From contig PUKL01000021.1 of assembly GCA_003552275.1 (NCBI GenBank), forward strand, positions 1-45,429: a stretch of DNA of 45,429 bases. Direction: 5' to 3'. The translations under genes and the position numbers were made by a program. This DNA comes from Mollicutes bacterium. Its GTDB lineage: Bacteria; Bacillota_I; Bacilli_A; Izemoplasmatales; Izemoplasmataceae. Positions 6,648 through 15,145 of the stretch are shown here, piece by piece; within the stretch, counting starts at the first letter, position 1; the number at the start of each line of letters is the position of its first letter. The notes beneath the pieces are model-generated. The model was given only the letters and a program-made list of their open reading frames with translations, was not told the DNA's origin and searched no databases.

Positions 6648-8404
6648 AGGGATGCACCTTCCGTATCATTCGTTTTTGCGGATTCCACGATGCGTGTGAT
6701 TTCCGCTTCGAGTTCATCCAACAGTTCGTCCGCTTGCTTTTTCGTGTCACCTTTGACATTGAGATAGATCTTCAGCTTCGGCTCGGTGCCGCTCGGACGG
6801 AGCACGAACCAGAGGTCGTTTTCGAAGATGAATTTGACGACGTCCGAGGTGGGCTGCATGAGCGTCTCGCTTCCTTTGTCCGTCCTGCGGACACCTTCGA
6901 GATAGTCCTCTTTGGCGAGGAGTTTGCGGCCGAGGAGACTTGTCGGTTCATACGAACGGAAAGTCTCCATGATGCGACCGATGAGTTTTTCACCCTGCAC
7001 TCCTTCGAGCTGCAGGTTCAAAAGCCGGTCGCGATAATACCCGTAGCGGGCGTAGAGTTCTTCGAGATAATCTATGAGCGTCATCCCGCGTTTTTGCAAG
7101 TGATTGGCCATCTCGGCGGCGAGCAGACTCGCCTGCACGCCGTCCTTGTCGCGGGTGATGTCTTTCAACACATATCCGTAACTCTCTTCATACCCCATGA
7201 CGAAAGTCTTGCCCTCGTCCTCGAGCCGACGCATCTTCTCCCCGATGAACTTGAAACCGGTGAGTGTGCTCCGGACTTCGAGGCCGTGGGCTTTGGCGAT
7301 GGCCGCCCCGAACTCGCTCGTCACGATGGTGTTGAAGACGATGCCGTTCTTGGGGAGGTCACCGTGTTCTCGCATGGCGGAGAGCATGTAATCGATGAAC
7401 ATCGCCCCCGTCTGGTTGCCGGTCAAGAAGACATACTCCCCCTCATGACGACACATGAGCCCGAGCCGGTCCGCGTCGGGGTCCGTGGCGACGAGAAGGT
7501 CCGCGTCCTTTTTTGCGCCCAATTTTTTGGCGAGGGCGAAGGCCGATTCGTTCTCGGGGTTCGGACTCTCCACACTCGCAAAAGCGGGGTCGGGCACGAG
7601 TTGTTCCTCGACGAGGCTGACAGCGTAGCCCGTCTCTTTGAGAATCCTCGGGATGATCTCTCTTCCCGTCCCGTGCAAAGGCGTGAAGACGAGCTTGATC
7701 CCCTTTTTCGCCTCCGGGCGGAAAGCGAGTTCCTTGACGGCGGCGAGATAGGCTGCGTCGATCTCTTCGCCCAATGATGCGTAGAGACCCCTCTTCTTCG
7801 CTTCTTCAATATCTGTCTCTTCGACGGCGAAGGGGTTCTCGATCGCCGCCACCCGCTTGATCACTTCGTCGGCCAGCGCGGGGACGAGCTGACAGCCCGT
7901 TTCGTCATACATCTTGACCCCGTTGTATTGGGGGGGATTGTGCGAGGCCGTGACCATGATGCCGCCCGCGGCACCTTTATGGCGCACCGTGAAAGAAAGC
8001 AACGGGGTCGGGCGGATGTCGGAAAAGACATAGGCCTTGATGTTTTTTTCGGCCAGCACGCCCACCGCCGTCGCGGCGAACGCGGTGGATTTGTTGCGGT
8101 TGTCGTAGGCGATGACGACGCCTTTCTTCGCGGCGGCGGGGTCCCTATCCAGAAGAAAATCCGCATATCCCGCGACGGCTTTACGCACGGTGTAGCGGTT
8201 CAAACGGTCGGTGCCGGCGCCCACGACGCCGCGCATGCCCCCGGTACCGAAAGCGAGGTCCTTCCGGAAGGCCGCTTCGATTTCCTCTTTGGTCATGTTC
8301 TCGAGCTCTTGACGGGTCTCTTCATCCAAAGAGGGCTCCTTGAGCCATTTCCGATAGCGTTCGTTCAATCGCTCCAACCCCTTTCCGGGTCTTTTTTCAA
8401 ACAC
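6644..8404 (-). CDS. pgcA: phosphoglucomutase / phospho-sugar mutase (PgcA-like)
   Basis: AFGTGGMRG and the active-site loop TASHNPPQYNGVKMY. Length and N-terminus resemble Bacillus PgcA. The start is uncertain: GTG 8404 is the longest ORF, but it sits only 4 nt after a TATAAT box. TTG 8368 has a GGAAAGGGG SD 9 nt upstream. Confidence 0.85.
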   Translation of the reverse strand: MFEKRPGKGLERLNERYRKWLKEPSLDEETRQELENMTKEEIEAAFRKDLAFGTGGMRGVVGAGTDRLNRYTVRKAVAGYADFLLDRDPAAAKKGVVIAYDNRNKSTAFAATAVGVLAEKNIKAYVFSDIRPTPLLSFTVRHKGAAGGIMVTASHNPPQYNGVKMYDETGCQLVPALADEVIKRVAAIENPFAVEETDIEEAKKRGLYASLGEEIDAAYLAAVKELAFRPEAKKGIKLVFTPLHGTGREIIPRILKETGYAVSLVEEQLVPDPAFASVESPNPENESAFALAKKLGAKKDADLLVATDPDADRLGLMCRHEGEYVFLTGNQTGAMFIDYMLSAMREHGDLPKNGIVFNTIVTSEFGAAIAKAHGLEVRSTLTGFKFIGEKMRRLEDEGKTFVMGYEESYGYVLKDITRDKDGVQASLLAAEMANHLQKRGMTLIDYLEELYARYGYYRDRLLNLQLEGVQGEKLIGRIMETFRSYEPTSLLGRKLLAKEDYLEGVRRTDKGSETLMQPTSDVVKFIFENDLWFVLRPSGTEPKLKIYLNVKGDTKKQADELLDELEAEITRIVESAKTNDTEGASL

Positions 8405-8408
8405 ATGT

Positions 8409-8437
8409 ATTATAACTTAACCCCGGGCAATTTTCAA
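8409..8437 (-). promoter_or_regulatory. sigma-A type promoter of the pgm-rnf operon (TTGAAA-17 nt-TATAAT)
   Basis: The minus strand reads TTGAAA (8437..8432), a 17-nt spacer, then TATAAT (8414..8409). Confidence 0.6.
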
Positions 8438-8477
8438 TAACGCCCGGTCATTTTCCAAACAAGCCTTTCTCCGTCCA

Positions 8478-8506
8478 AATAAAAAACGCCCCGGTTTCCC
8501 GGAGCG
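8478..8506 (-). terminator. intrinsic terminator after ahpC
   Basis: RNA CGCUCCGG-GAAA-CCGGGGCG is followed by UUUUUUAUUU. Confidence 0.8.
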
Positions 8507-8517
8507 TCTCGCGCGGT

Positions 8518-9117
8518 TCAATCCTCGTCGCCGACGAAGCCTTCGCCGGGCTTCCAATTGCAGGGCACGAGTCTTCCCTCGGCTTCGTTCTTGAAGACTT
8601 CGAGGGTCCGCAGCACTTCGTCGACATTCCTGCCGCCCTCGCCGTGGTTGATGTGGGCGCTCTTCAAGATGCCGTTCGGAGCGATGATGAAGGTGCCGCG
8701 CCAAGCGACGCCCTTCTCTTCGTCCAACACCCCGTAGGCCTCGCTCACCGTATGGTTGTTGTCGGAAGCGTGGATGTGTTCGATCCGACCCAAAGAGCCC
8801 GTCTCTTGCCAGGCCAGATGCGAAAACACCGAATCGGTCGAGGCGGCGACGAGCACGGCGCCTTTATCCTCGAAGGCCTTGTTCAGTTCGTCGAAACGCT
8901 GGATTTCGGTGGGGCAGACGAAAGTGAAATCGAGCGGGTAGAAATAGAGCACGACCCATTTCCCCTCGTTCAAGAAGTCGTCGAGGCGGACGGTGCCGAA
9001 ACGCTCCGTCCCCTCCCCTTTCGCCATGACGGCCTCCATCTCGAACCGGGGGGCCTGTTTGCCGACCTTGGCTCCGGTCACATAGAATTCATTGTCAAAT
9101 TTTTTCATTCTTTGCAC
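8518..9117 (-). CDS. ahpC: 2-Cys peroxiredoxin (AhpC/TSA family)
   Basis: FYPLDFTFVCPTEI is the peroxidatic Cys motif. A C-terminal VPCNWKPGE is a resolving-Cys type motif. GGAGGTG SD. No ahpF is adjacent. Confidence 0.85.
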   Translation of the reverse strand: MQRMKKFDNEFYVTGAKVGKQAPRFEMEAVMAKGEGTERFGTVRLDDFLNEGKWVVLYFYPLDFTFVCPTEIQRFDELNKAFEDKGAVLVAASTDSVFSHLAWQETGSLGRIEHIHASDNNHTVSEAYGVLDEEKGVAWRGTFIIAPNGILKSAHINHGEGGRNVDEVLRTLEVFKNEAEGRLVPCNWKPGEGFVGDED

Positions 9118-9138
9118 CTCCGCTTGTTCTCTTCTTCA

Positions 9139-9167
9139 AAGATAACGGAATCCCATCCGCATTGCAA
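9139..9167 (-). promoter_or_regulatory. candidate promoter of ahpC (TTGCAA-17 nt-TATCTT)
   Basis: Spacing and the -35 are good. The -10 is weak. Confidence 0.35.
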
Positions 9168-9179
9168 AAGATGTGCATA

Positions 9180-11585
9180 TCAATCATCGAGGGTGAAACG
9201 CCGCAACTTCCAGATGTCCCGCACGTAGTCCTCGATGGTCCTGTCGCTCGAGAAATAGCCGCTCTTGGCGATGTTGACGACGGCGCTCCTCTGCCAGGCG
9301 TTTATGTCCTTGTAGCGTTCGTTCATCGTTTGGTGCGCCGCGGCATAGCTCCTCAGATCCTTCAGCACGAAATAGCGGTCTTCGCCGAGGAGCTTGTCGC
9401 GGATCTCTTGGAACTCGGAACGGTCGACGCCGGGGAAGAACCCGCTCGTCAACATGTCCACGGCGTTCTTGATCTCCTTGTCGTTTTCATAGACGCTCAT
9501 CGGGTCGTAATCGTTCTTTTCGTAATGACGGGTCACTTCGTCGGCGTCCATGCCGAAGATCTCGATGTGTTCGTCGCCGACGAGCTCGGCGATCTCCACG
9601 TTGGCGCCGTCAAGGGTCCCGAGAGTCAGGGCGCCGTTCATCATGAACTTCATGTTGCCGGTGCCGGAGGCCTCTTTGGAGGCGGTCGAGATCTGTTCGC
9701 TGATGTCGGCCGCGGGGATGATGTCCTCGGCATAGGTGACGTTGTAGTTTTCGACGAAGACGACTTGCAAGAGGTCGTTGGTGTCTTTGTCCGCATTCAC
9801 GACGCGGGCGATGGAATTGAGGAGTTTGATGATCTTCTTCGCGTAATGATAGGCGCCGGCGGCCTTGGCCCCGAAAATGAAGCTGTGGGGGACGTAGGCC
9901 TTCTTGAAGGCCACATCCGTCTTCAACCGGTTGTAGACCATGAGGATGTGGAGGGCGTTCATGAGTTGGCGCTTGTATTCGTGGAGACGCTTGATCTGCA
10001 CGTCGAAGATGCTGTCGGGATCGAGGGCGATGCCTTGTTCGCGCTTGATCCTTTCGGAAAGACGTACCTTGTTCTCGCGTTTGATGGCGGCGAGCTCTTC
10101 GTGGACCGTTTTTTCGTCCTTGTGCGCGAGGAGGTCCTGCAGCTTCATGGGCTCTTTGTCCCAAGTCGGGACGTGTTTGTCGAGGAGGGCGGAGAGACGG
10201 GGATTGATGTGTTTCAAGAAACGCCGGTGGGTCACGCCGTTCGTCTTGGCGTTGAACTTGTCGGGATAGAGCGCATAGAACTCTTTCATCTCGTGTTTCT
10301 TCAAGATTTCCGTGTGGAGCTTCGCGACGCCGTTGACGCTGAAACTGCCCACGATGGCCAAGTGTGCCATCCGGACTTCGCCGTCGGCGATGATGGCCAG
10401 ACGACGGACCGTTTCATTGTCATAGCCCTTCTCGTCCAAGAGATACTTGCAATAGCGACGGTTGATCTCTTCGATGATCTGATGGATCCGGGGGAGCGTG
10501 GGAGAAAGCAGGGCGACGGGCCATCTTTCCAACGCTTCGGCGAGAATCGTGTGGTTGGTGTAGGCCGAGACCTTGGTGGTGATTGCCCAAGCCTTGTCCC
10601 AGGAGAGAGCGTGATCGTCCACGAGGGTGCGCACGAGCTCGGGGATGACGAGGGAAGGGTGGGTGTCGTTGATCTGGATGACGACATGGTCGGGCAGGTT
10701 CGCCAAGGTCCCGTGTCTTTTCACGTGACGTTGCACGATGCTTCTGACCCCGGCGGCGGTGAAGAAGTATTGTTGTTTGAGACGGAGTATCTTGCCCTCG
10801 GTGGTGGTGTCGTCGGGATAGAGGAAGGCGCTGATGTTGCGGATCTCCTCGCTGTAGGCCATCGGGTCGACGCCTTGCGGCACGGTGTCGCTCGGCTCGG
10901 CGTTCCACAGCCTGAGCGTGTTCACGACGCCGTTTTTCTCGCCGGGGACGGGAATGTCGTAGGGAACGGCCCGGATGGTCTCTTGCGGCTCATAATGGAT
11001 GTCGCCTTCTTCATGGTGGACCGCGCCGCCGAAGGGGATGTCCAAGGCCTCCTCGTCGCGGCGGATTTCATAGGCGAAGTGGTCTTTCAGCCAATCCTCG
11101 GGCTTTTCGACCTGATAGCCTTCTTCGATGGCCTGTTCGAAGAAACCGAAACGGTAGCGGATGCCGTTGCCGTGTCCCTTGTAGGAGAGGGAGGCGATGG
11201 AATCGAGAAAACAGGCGGCGAGGCGACCGAGGCCGCCGTTGCCGAGGCCGGGGTCGACTTCCTCGCGCTCGATTCTCGTGAGATCGAGGTCGAAATCCCG
11301 GAAGGCGTCGCGGACGAGCTCCCGCAATCCCATGTTGGCGAGATTCGTCGTGATGAGCCTCCCCGTGAGGAATTCCATCGAGAAATAGTACACTTCTTTT
11401 TGCGGGGCTTTTTCCGCCTTTTCAACATTTTTGCGCCATTGGACATTGAGCGCTTCGCTCAACAGTTCGGCCAAGACTTGATAGGCCTGGCGTTCGGAGG
11501 CTTCCTCCGGCGTGGTCACATACCGCTTCAACAATCGGTCCGCAAAATGGCTCTTGAATGTCTCTTTGTCCTTGAAGGCGTTCAT
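9180..11585 (-). CDS. glgP: glycogen/maltodextrin phosphorylase
   Basis: 801 aa. EASGTGNMKFMMNGALTLGTLDGANVEI is the PLP-Lys region. It is the last gene of the glg block. Confidence 0.95.
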   Translation of the reverse strand: MNAFKDKETFKSHFADRLLKRYVTTPEEASERQAYQVLAELLSEALNVQWRKNVEKAEKAPQKEVYYFSMEFLTGRLITTNLANMGLRELVRDAFRDFDLDLTRIEREEVDPGLGNGGLGRLAACFLDSIASLSYKGHGNGIRYRFGFFEQAIEEGYQVEKPEDWLKDHFAYEIRRDEEALDIPFGGAVHHEEGDIHYEPQETIRAVPYDIPVPGEKNGVVNTLRLWNAEPSDTVPQGVDPMAYSEEIRNISAFLYPDDTTTEGKILRLKQQYFFTAAGVRSIVQRHVKRHGTLANLPDHVVIQINDTHPSLVIPELVRTLVDDHALSWDKAWAITTKVSAYTNHTILAEALERWPVALLSPTLPRIHQIIEEINRRYCKYLLDEKGYDNETVRRLAIIADGEVRMAHLAIVGSFSVNGVAKLHTEILKKHEMKEFYALYPDKFNAKTNGVTHRRFLKHINPRLSALLDKHVPTWDKEPMKLQDLLAHKDEKTVHEELAAIKRENKVRLSERIKREQGIALDPDSIFDVQIKRLHEYKRQLMNALHILMVYNRLKTDVAFKKAYVPHSFIFGAKAAGAYHYAKKIIKLLNSIARVVNADKDTNDLLQVVFVENYNVTYAEDIIPAADISEQISTASKEASGTGNMKFMMNGALTLGTLDGANVEIAELVGDEHIEIFGMDADEVTRHYEKNDYDPMSVYENDKEIKNAVDMLTSGFFPGVDRSEFQEIRDKLLGEDRYFVLKDLRSYAAAHQTMNERYKDINAWQRSAVVNIAKSGYFSSDRTIEDYVRDIWKLRRFTLDD

Positions 11586-11612
11586 GATCGATTCATCCTT
11601 TCGGTGTGGGCT

Positions 11613-14018
11613 TCAATCGGAGAGGATGCTCTGATAGATCTCCAATATCTTCTGGGCCTGGCGTTCCAGGCTGAAATCGGCTTGCATGGCTTGGCGCATG
11701 ATGCCGACCCAGTCCTCTTTTTGGTCCTTGAAGACGCGGTGGGCGTCCTTGAGACGCTCCTTGAGGACATGGGCGTCGTAATGGAAGAAGGTGAAACCGT
11801 TGCCCTTCTTGGTCACGGGATCGAAGTCCGTCACGCTGTCGGCGAGGCCGCCCGTCTTTCTGACGATGGGAACGGTGCCGTAACGCATGGCGATCATCTG
11901 GGAGAGGCCGCAGGGTTCGACGCGCGAAGGCATGAGGAAGGCGTCGGCGCCGGCATAGATCTCATTGGGGATTGCCGCGTCGTAGCCGATGTTCAAACGC
12001 ATCCGGCGGGGGTGCTCCTTGGCGATCGCTTCGAGGCGGTCGATGAACTCTTCGTCCCCCTGACCCAACAGGACGAACTCGACGTCGGCATGTTCGGCGA
12101 GGAAGCTTTTCAGACAATCGATGAGGATCGGGAAACCTTTTTGTTCGGTGATGCGGCTCACCATGCCGATGACGAACTTGTCGTCCCCGGGAGAAAGGCG
12201 CATCCGCTTCTGCAGGGCGCGCTTGTTCAAGCGCTTCTTCTCGAGGCTCGCGATGTCGTAGGGAGCGGCGATCAAAGAATCGTTCGTGGGGTGGAGCTTC
12301 TTGGAGATACCGTTCAAGACCCCATAGAAGTCCCTGTCCCTTTTCAATAGGGCTTCGGTGAGGTTCTTGCCGTAGTATTCATAGCGGAGTTCGTCACGAT
12401 AGGTCGGCGAGACGGTGGCGAGTTTCGTCGCCGTGTTGATGCCCTCCTCGAGGAAGTTCACGTTGGTCTTTTGACCCAAGGGGGGATAGATCCCTTCGAG
12501 GTGTTCGCGCGGACAGATTCCTTGATAGTCGATGTTGTGGATGGTCATGAGGGTCGGCGGCGCGTCTTTTTCCCCTTGCAAAAGGCCGGGAAGGAGTCCC
12601 GTGTGCCAATCGTGCAGATGCAAGAGGTCGAAGGGGCCGATCTTTGTGAGGATCCGGGCCACGGAGAAAGCGAAAAAGGCGAACCGGAGGCAGTCGTCTT
12701 CGTAACCGTAGGTCTCTTCCCGTTCGAAGAAGCGGAAATGTTCGATGAAGAAGAAACGCACCTTGTCCCGCTGGATTTGATAGACCCTAATCTTCTCCGT
12801 CTCCCCGCGGAATTCAAAAGTCTCCGTCGTCACATACTGGTAGGTCTCGGAATAGGTGTCCTTGATCGATTTGTAGAGGGGGAGCACGACGGCGGTCTCG
12901 ATGCCTTTCTTGCTCTGGGCGCGGGAGAGTCCTTCGATGACGTCGGCGAGGCCGCCCGTCTTCACGAAGGGGTGTGCCTCGGCCGCGACATGCAGCACGG
13001 AAAGGCCGCTATGGTCGGTGACGACCTGTCTTTTTTCCGTCACGTAGGGATGGTGGGGCGTGCCCTCGACGAGGGTGTCTCGCTTCACGACGGTCTCTTT
13101 GTCCAAGACGGCGTGCTTGATGATCGCCCCCTCTTCGACGACGACATTGTTCATGAGGAAGGAGTTCTCGATCCGGGCGTCCTTCTTGATGATGACATCC
13201 CGGCTCACGACGCTTTCCTTGATGCTTCCCTGGATCAGACACCCGCTCGCGACGAGGGTGTCCTCGACTTCGTTCCCCGGGAGATAACGGGCCGGAGGCG
13301 CCGTTTTCTCCTTGCTGACGATGGGGGCCTCGAGGGGGAAGACCGTCCGCCCGATCTCGAACTTCAACATGTCGAGATTGGCGGCGAGATAGTTCACGGG
13401 GTTGGTGACCATGCGGGCATACCCGGTGTGGAAGATGGTGTTCACCTTGATGCGCTCGTCTCTGTCGACGAGGTCGGAAAGGGTCTTGTAGGGGATGATG
13501 TCATATTCCTCGATGCGCTTCATGAGAAACTCACGACTCATGATGAAAGTCAGGATGCGGCCCCTTTCGGTGCGGACCTCGCTCACTTCGGCCTGAGAGG
13601 CGACATGCTCTTCGACAAGCGCGGCGAGATCGGCGTTCCAGACGATGGAGGCCGGGGTGAAGAGGAAATATTTCTGGGGGCTCCGCTTGAAATATTCGAT
13701 GTGTTCGTGCATCCGCTGGAAAGTGAGCGAATCCTCCGTCGGCATCATCATGTTCTTCGGCGGGAGGATGAAGAGTCCGTCCCGGCGCCTATCGAGATTC
13801 CAGCGTTTGCCGCTGCCGATGTGGTCCTGGAGGGAACGATAATTCCCCCAGGGGAAGATGGCCACGTTCGTCACGTTGGCGTTTTTCGCATTGGAGAGGG
13901 CGAAATCGATGAGACGGTATTTTCCGGCGAACGGGAGCGCCCCGGGCATCCGGTGTTGGGTGAGTTTCTCGAAAGCCCCGCGGCTCGTGGCGTCGATGAC
14001 GAGTGAGAGGTCACGCAT
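11613..14018 (-). CDS. glgA: fusion protein: GlgD-like regulatory ADP-glucose pyrophosphorylase subunit (N-terminal ~335 aa) plus glycogen synthase GlgA (C-terminal ~465 aa)
   Basis: The N-terminus MRDLSLVIDATSRGAFEKLTQHRMPGALPFAGKYRLIDFALSN is GlgC-like but lacks GGxGxRL, as GlgD does. From residue ~338, LSVLHVAAEAHPFVKTGGLADV is the GlgA N-terminal motif. It is one uninterrupted frame. ATG 14018 overlaps the glgC stop. The track ORF extends to 14126 but that would overlap glgC. Confidence 0.85.
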   Translation of the reverse strand: MRDLSLVIDATSRGAFEKLTQHRMPGALPFAGKYRLIDFALSNAKNANVTNVAIFPWGNYRSLQDHIGSGKRWNLDRRRDGLFILPPKNMMMPTEDSLTFQRMHEHIEYFKRSPQKYFLFTPASIVWNADLAALVEEHVASQAEVSEVRTERGRILTFIMSREFLMKRIEEYDIIPYKTLSDLVDRDERIKVNTIFHTGYARMVTNPVNYLAANLDMLKFEIGRTVFPLEAPIVSKEKTAPPARYLPGNEVEDTLVASGCLIQGSIKESVVSRDVIIKKDARIENSFLMNNVVVEEGAIIKHAVLDKETVVKRDTLVEGTPHHPYVTEKRQVVTDHSGLSVLHVAAEAHPFVKTGGLADVIEGLSRAQSKKGIETAVVLPLYKSIKDTYSETYQYVTTETFEFRGETEKIRVYQIQRDKVRFFFIEHFRFFEREETYGYEDDCLRFAFFAFSVARILTKIGPFDLLHLHDWHTGLLPGLLQGEKDAPPTLMTIHNIDYQGICPREHLEGIYPPLGQKTNVNFLEEGINTATKLATVSPTYRDELRYEYYGKNLTEALLKRDRDFYGVLNGISKKLHPTNDSLIAAPYDIASLEKKRLNKRALQKRMRLSPGDDKFVIGMVSRITEQKGFPILIDCLKSFLAEHADVEFVLLGQGDEEFIDRLEAIAKEHPRRMRLNIGYDAAIPNEIYAGADAFLMPSRVEPCGLSQMIAMRYGTVPIVRKTGGLADSVTDFDPVTKKGNGFTFFHYDAHVLKERLKDAHRVFKDQKEDWVGIMRQAMQADFSLERQAQKILEIYQSILSD

Positions 14019-15144
14019 CACGACCACCTCCCAAAGCCCAGAGTTTCTTGTTGTCGATGACGGTGGGGGTGTCGAAGACGAGTTCGGTGCCGGGGAGGAT
14101 GACCGTGTCTTCCAAAACGATCGCATTCTTCACGTGCGCATCCTCGCCGACGACGACCCCCTCGAAAAGGAGACTCGCCTCGACGGCGGCGTTCTTCTTC
14201 ACGATGACATTCCCCGACAAGACGCTCCTTTTCACATTCCCCTCGATCATGCAGCCGTCGCTCACCAAAACGTCGACGATACCGCCCTTGCTTATGACGT
14301 GATGGGGCGACAGGTTGCTCGAACGGGTGTACACGGGCAGGTTCCGATAATCATTCAACATCAACTGTTCGGGATGGTCGATGAGGTCCATGTTCGCGTC
14401 ATACAGACTCTCGATCGTCCCCACATCGCGGAAATACCCCTTGAAGGTGTGGGCGGCGATGGAGTAGCCTTCCGCGAGCGCCTTGGGGATGATGTCGTTG
14501 CCGAAATCGAAATCTTCATCGAGTCCGTCGGCGAGGATCTTCTCCAAGATGTCGCGATTGAAAAGATAGATGCCCATCGAGGCATAATCGCCCGCGGGGT
14601 CTTTTGGTTTTTCTTCGAAACGCTCGACGAAGCCGTCTTTGTCCACGGTGAGGACACCGTAACGGGAGAGACTGTCGTCGGGGGTGAAGATGCCGATCGT
14701 GAAGTCGGATCCCTTCTTCTCGTGGGTCCGGATGAGTTCGCGATAGTCCATCTTGTAGATGTGGTCGCCCGAAAGGACGAGCACATACTTGGGATCGTGT
14801 GTCCTGACGAAGTGCAGATGCTGGCGGATAGCGTGGGCCGTCCCCTTCTGCCACTTCTCGCCGTCGATGTCCGTGTAGGGTGTCAAAAAGTGCACGCCAC
14901 CCTCGCTCACATCGAGGTCCCAGCTGCTGCCGAGGCCGATGTAGTCCATGAGGGAATGGGGTTCATATTGTGTGATGATGCCCACCGTGTTGATCATGGC
15001 GTTGGCGAGGTTGCTCAAGACGAAATCGACAAGGCGATACTTCCCGCCGAAGGTCACGGCCGGTTTGGCCTTCTTTTCCGTGATGGGACGGAGGCGGCTG
15101 CCTTTGCCGCCCACGAGCACCATGGCGATGGTCTCCGTTTTCAT
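14011..15144 (-). CDS. glgC: glucose-1-phosphate adenylyltransferase
   Basis: MVLVGGKGSRLRPITEKKAKPAVTFGGKYRLVDFVLSN. An AGGAGG SD lies inside the glgB 3' end. Confidence 0.95.
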   Translation of the reverse strand: MKTETIAMVLVGGKGSRLRPITEKKAKPAVTFGGKYRLVDFVLSNLANAMINTVGIITQYEPHSLMDYIGLGSSWDLDVSEGGVHFLTPYTDIDGEKWQKGTAHAIRQHLHFVRTHDPKYVLVLSGDHIYKMDYRELIRTHEKKGSDFTIGIFTPDDSLSRYGVLTVDKDGFVERFEEKPKDPAGDYASMGIYLFNRDILEKILADGLDEDFDFGNDIIPKALAEGYSIAAHTFKGYFRDVGTIESLYDANMDLIDHPEQLMLNDYRNLPVYTRSSNLSPHHVISKGGIVDVLVSDGCMIEGNVKRSVLSGNVIVKKNAAVEASLLFEGVVVGEDAHVKNAIVLEDTVILPGTELVFDTPTVIDNKKLWALGGGRDA

Positions 15145-15145
15145 C

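Noticed and set aside
9162-12350. 1062-aa plus-strand ORF, the longest in the track
   Set aside because: It lies antisense to glgP and glgD::glgA, which have unmistakable conserved motifs. Its own translation is low-complexity (D/E/G/V/H/R-rich) with no recognisable domain, no SD and no promoter. It is a shadow ORF of GC-rich codon usage.
13000-13020. GlgD-GlgA junction as two separate genes with a missed stop or start
   Set aside because: There is no in-frame stop and no SD at the junction in the sequence as given, so I call it a fusion. An assembly indel cannot be excluded without reads, and this is flagged in the finding.
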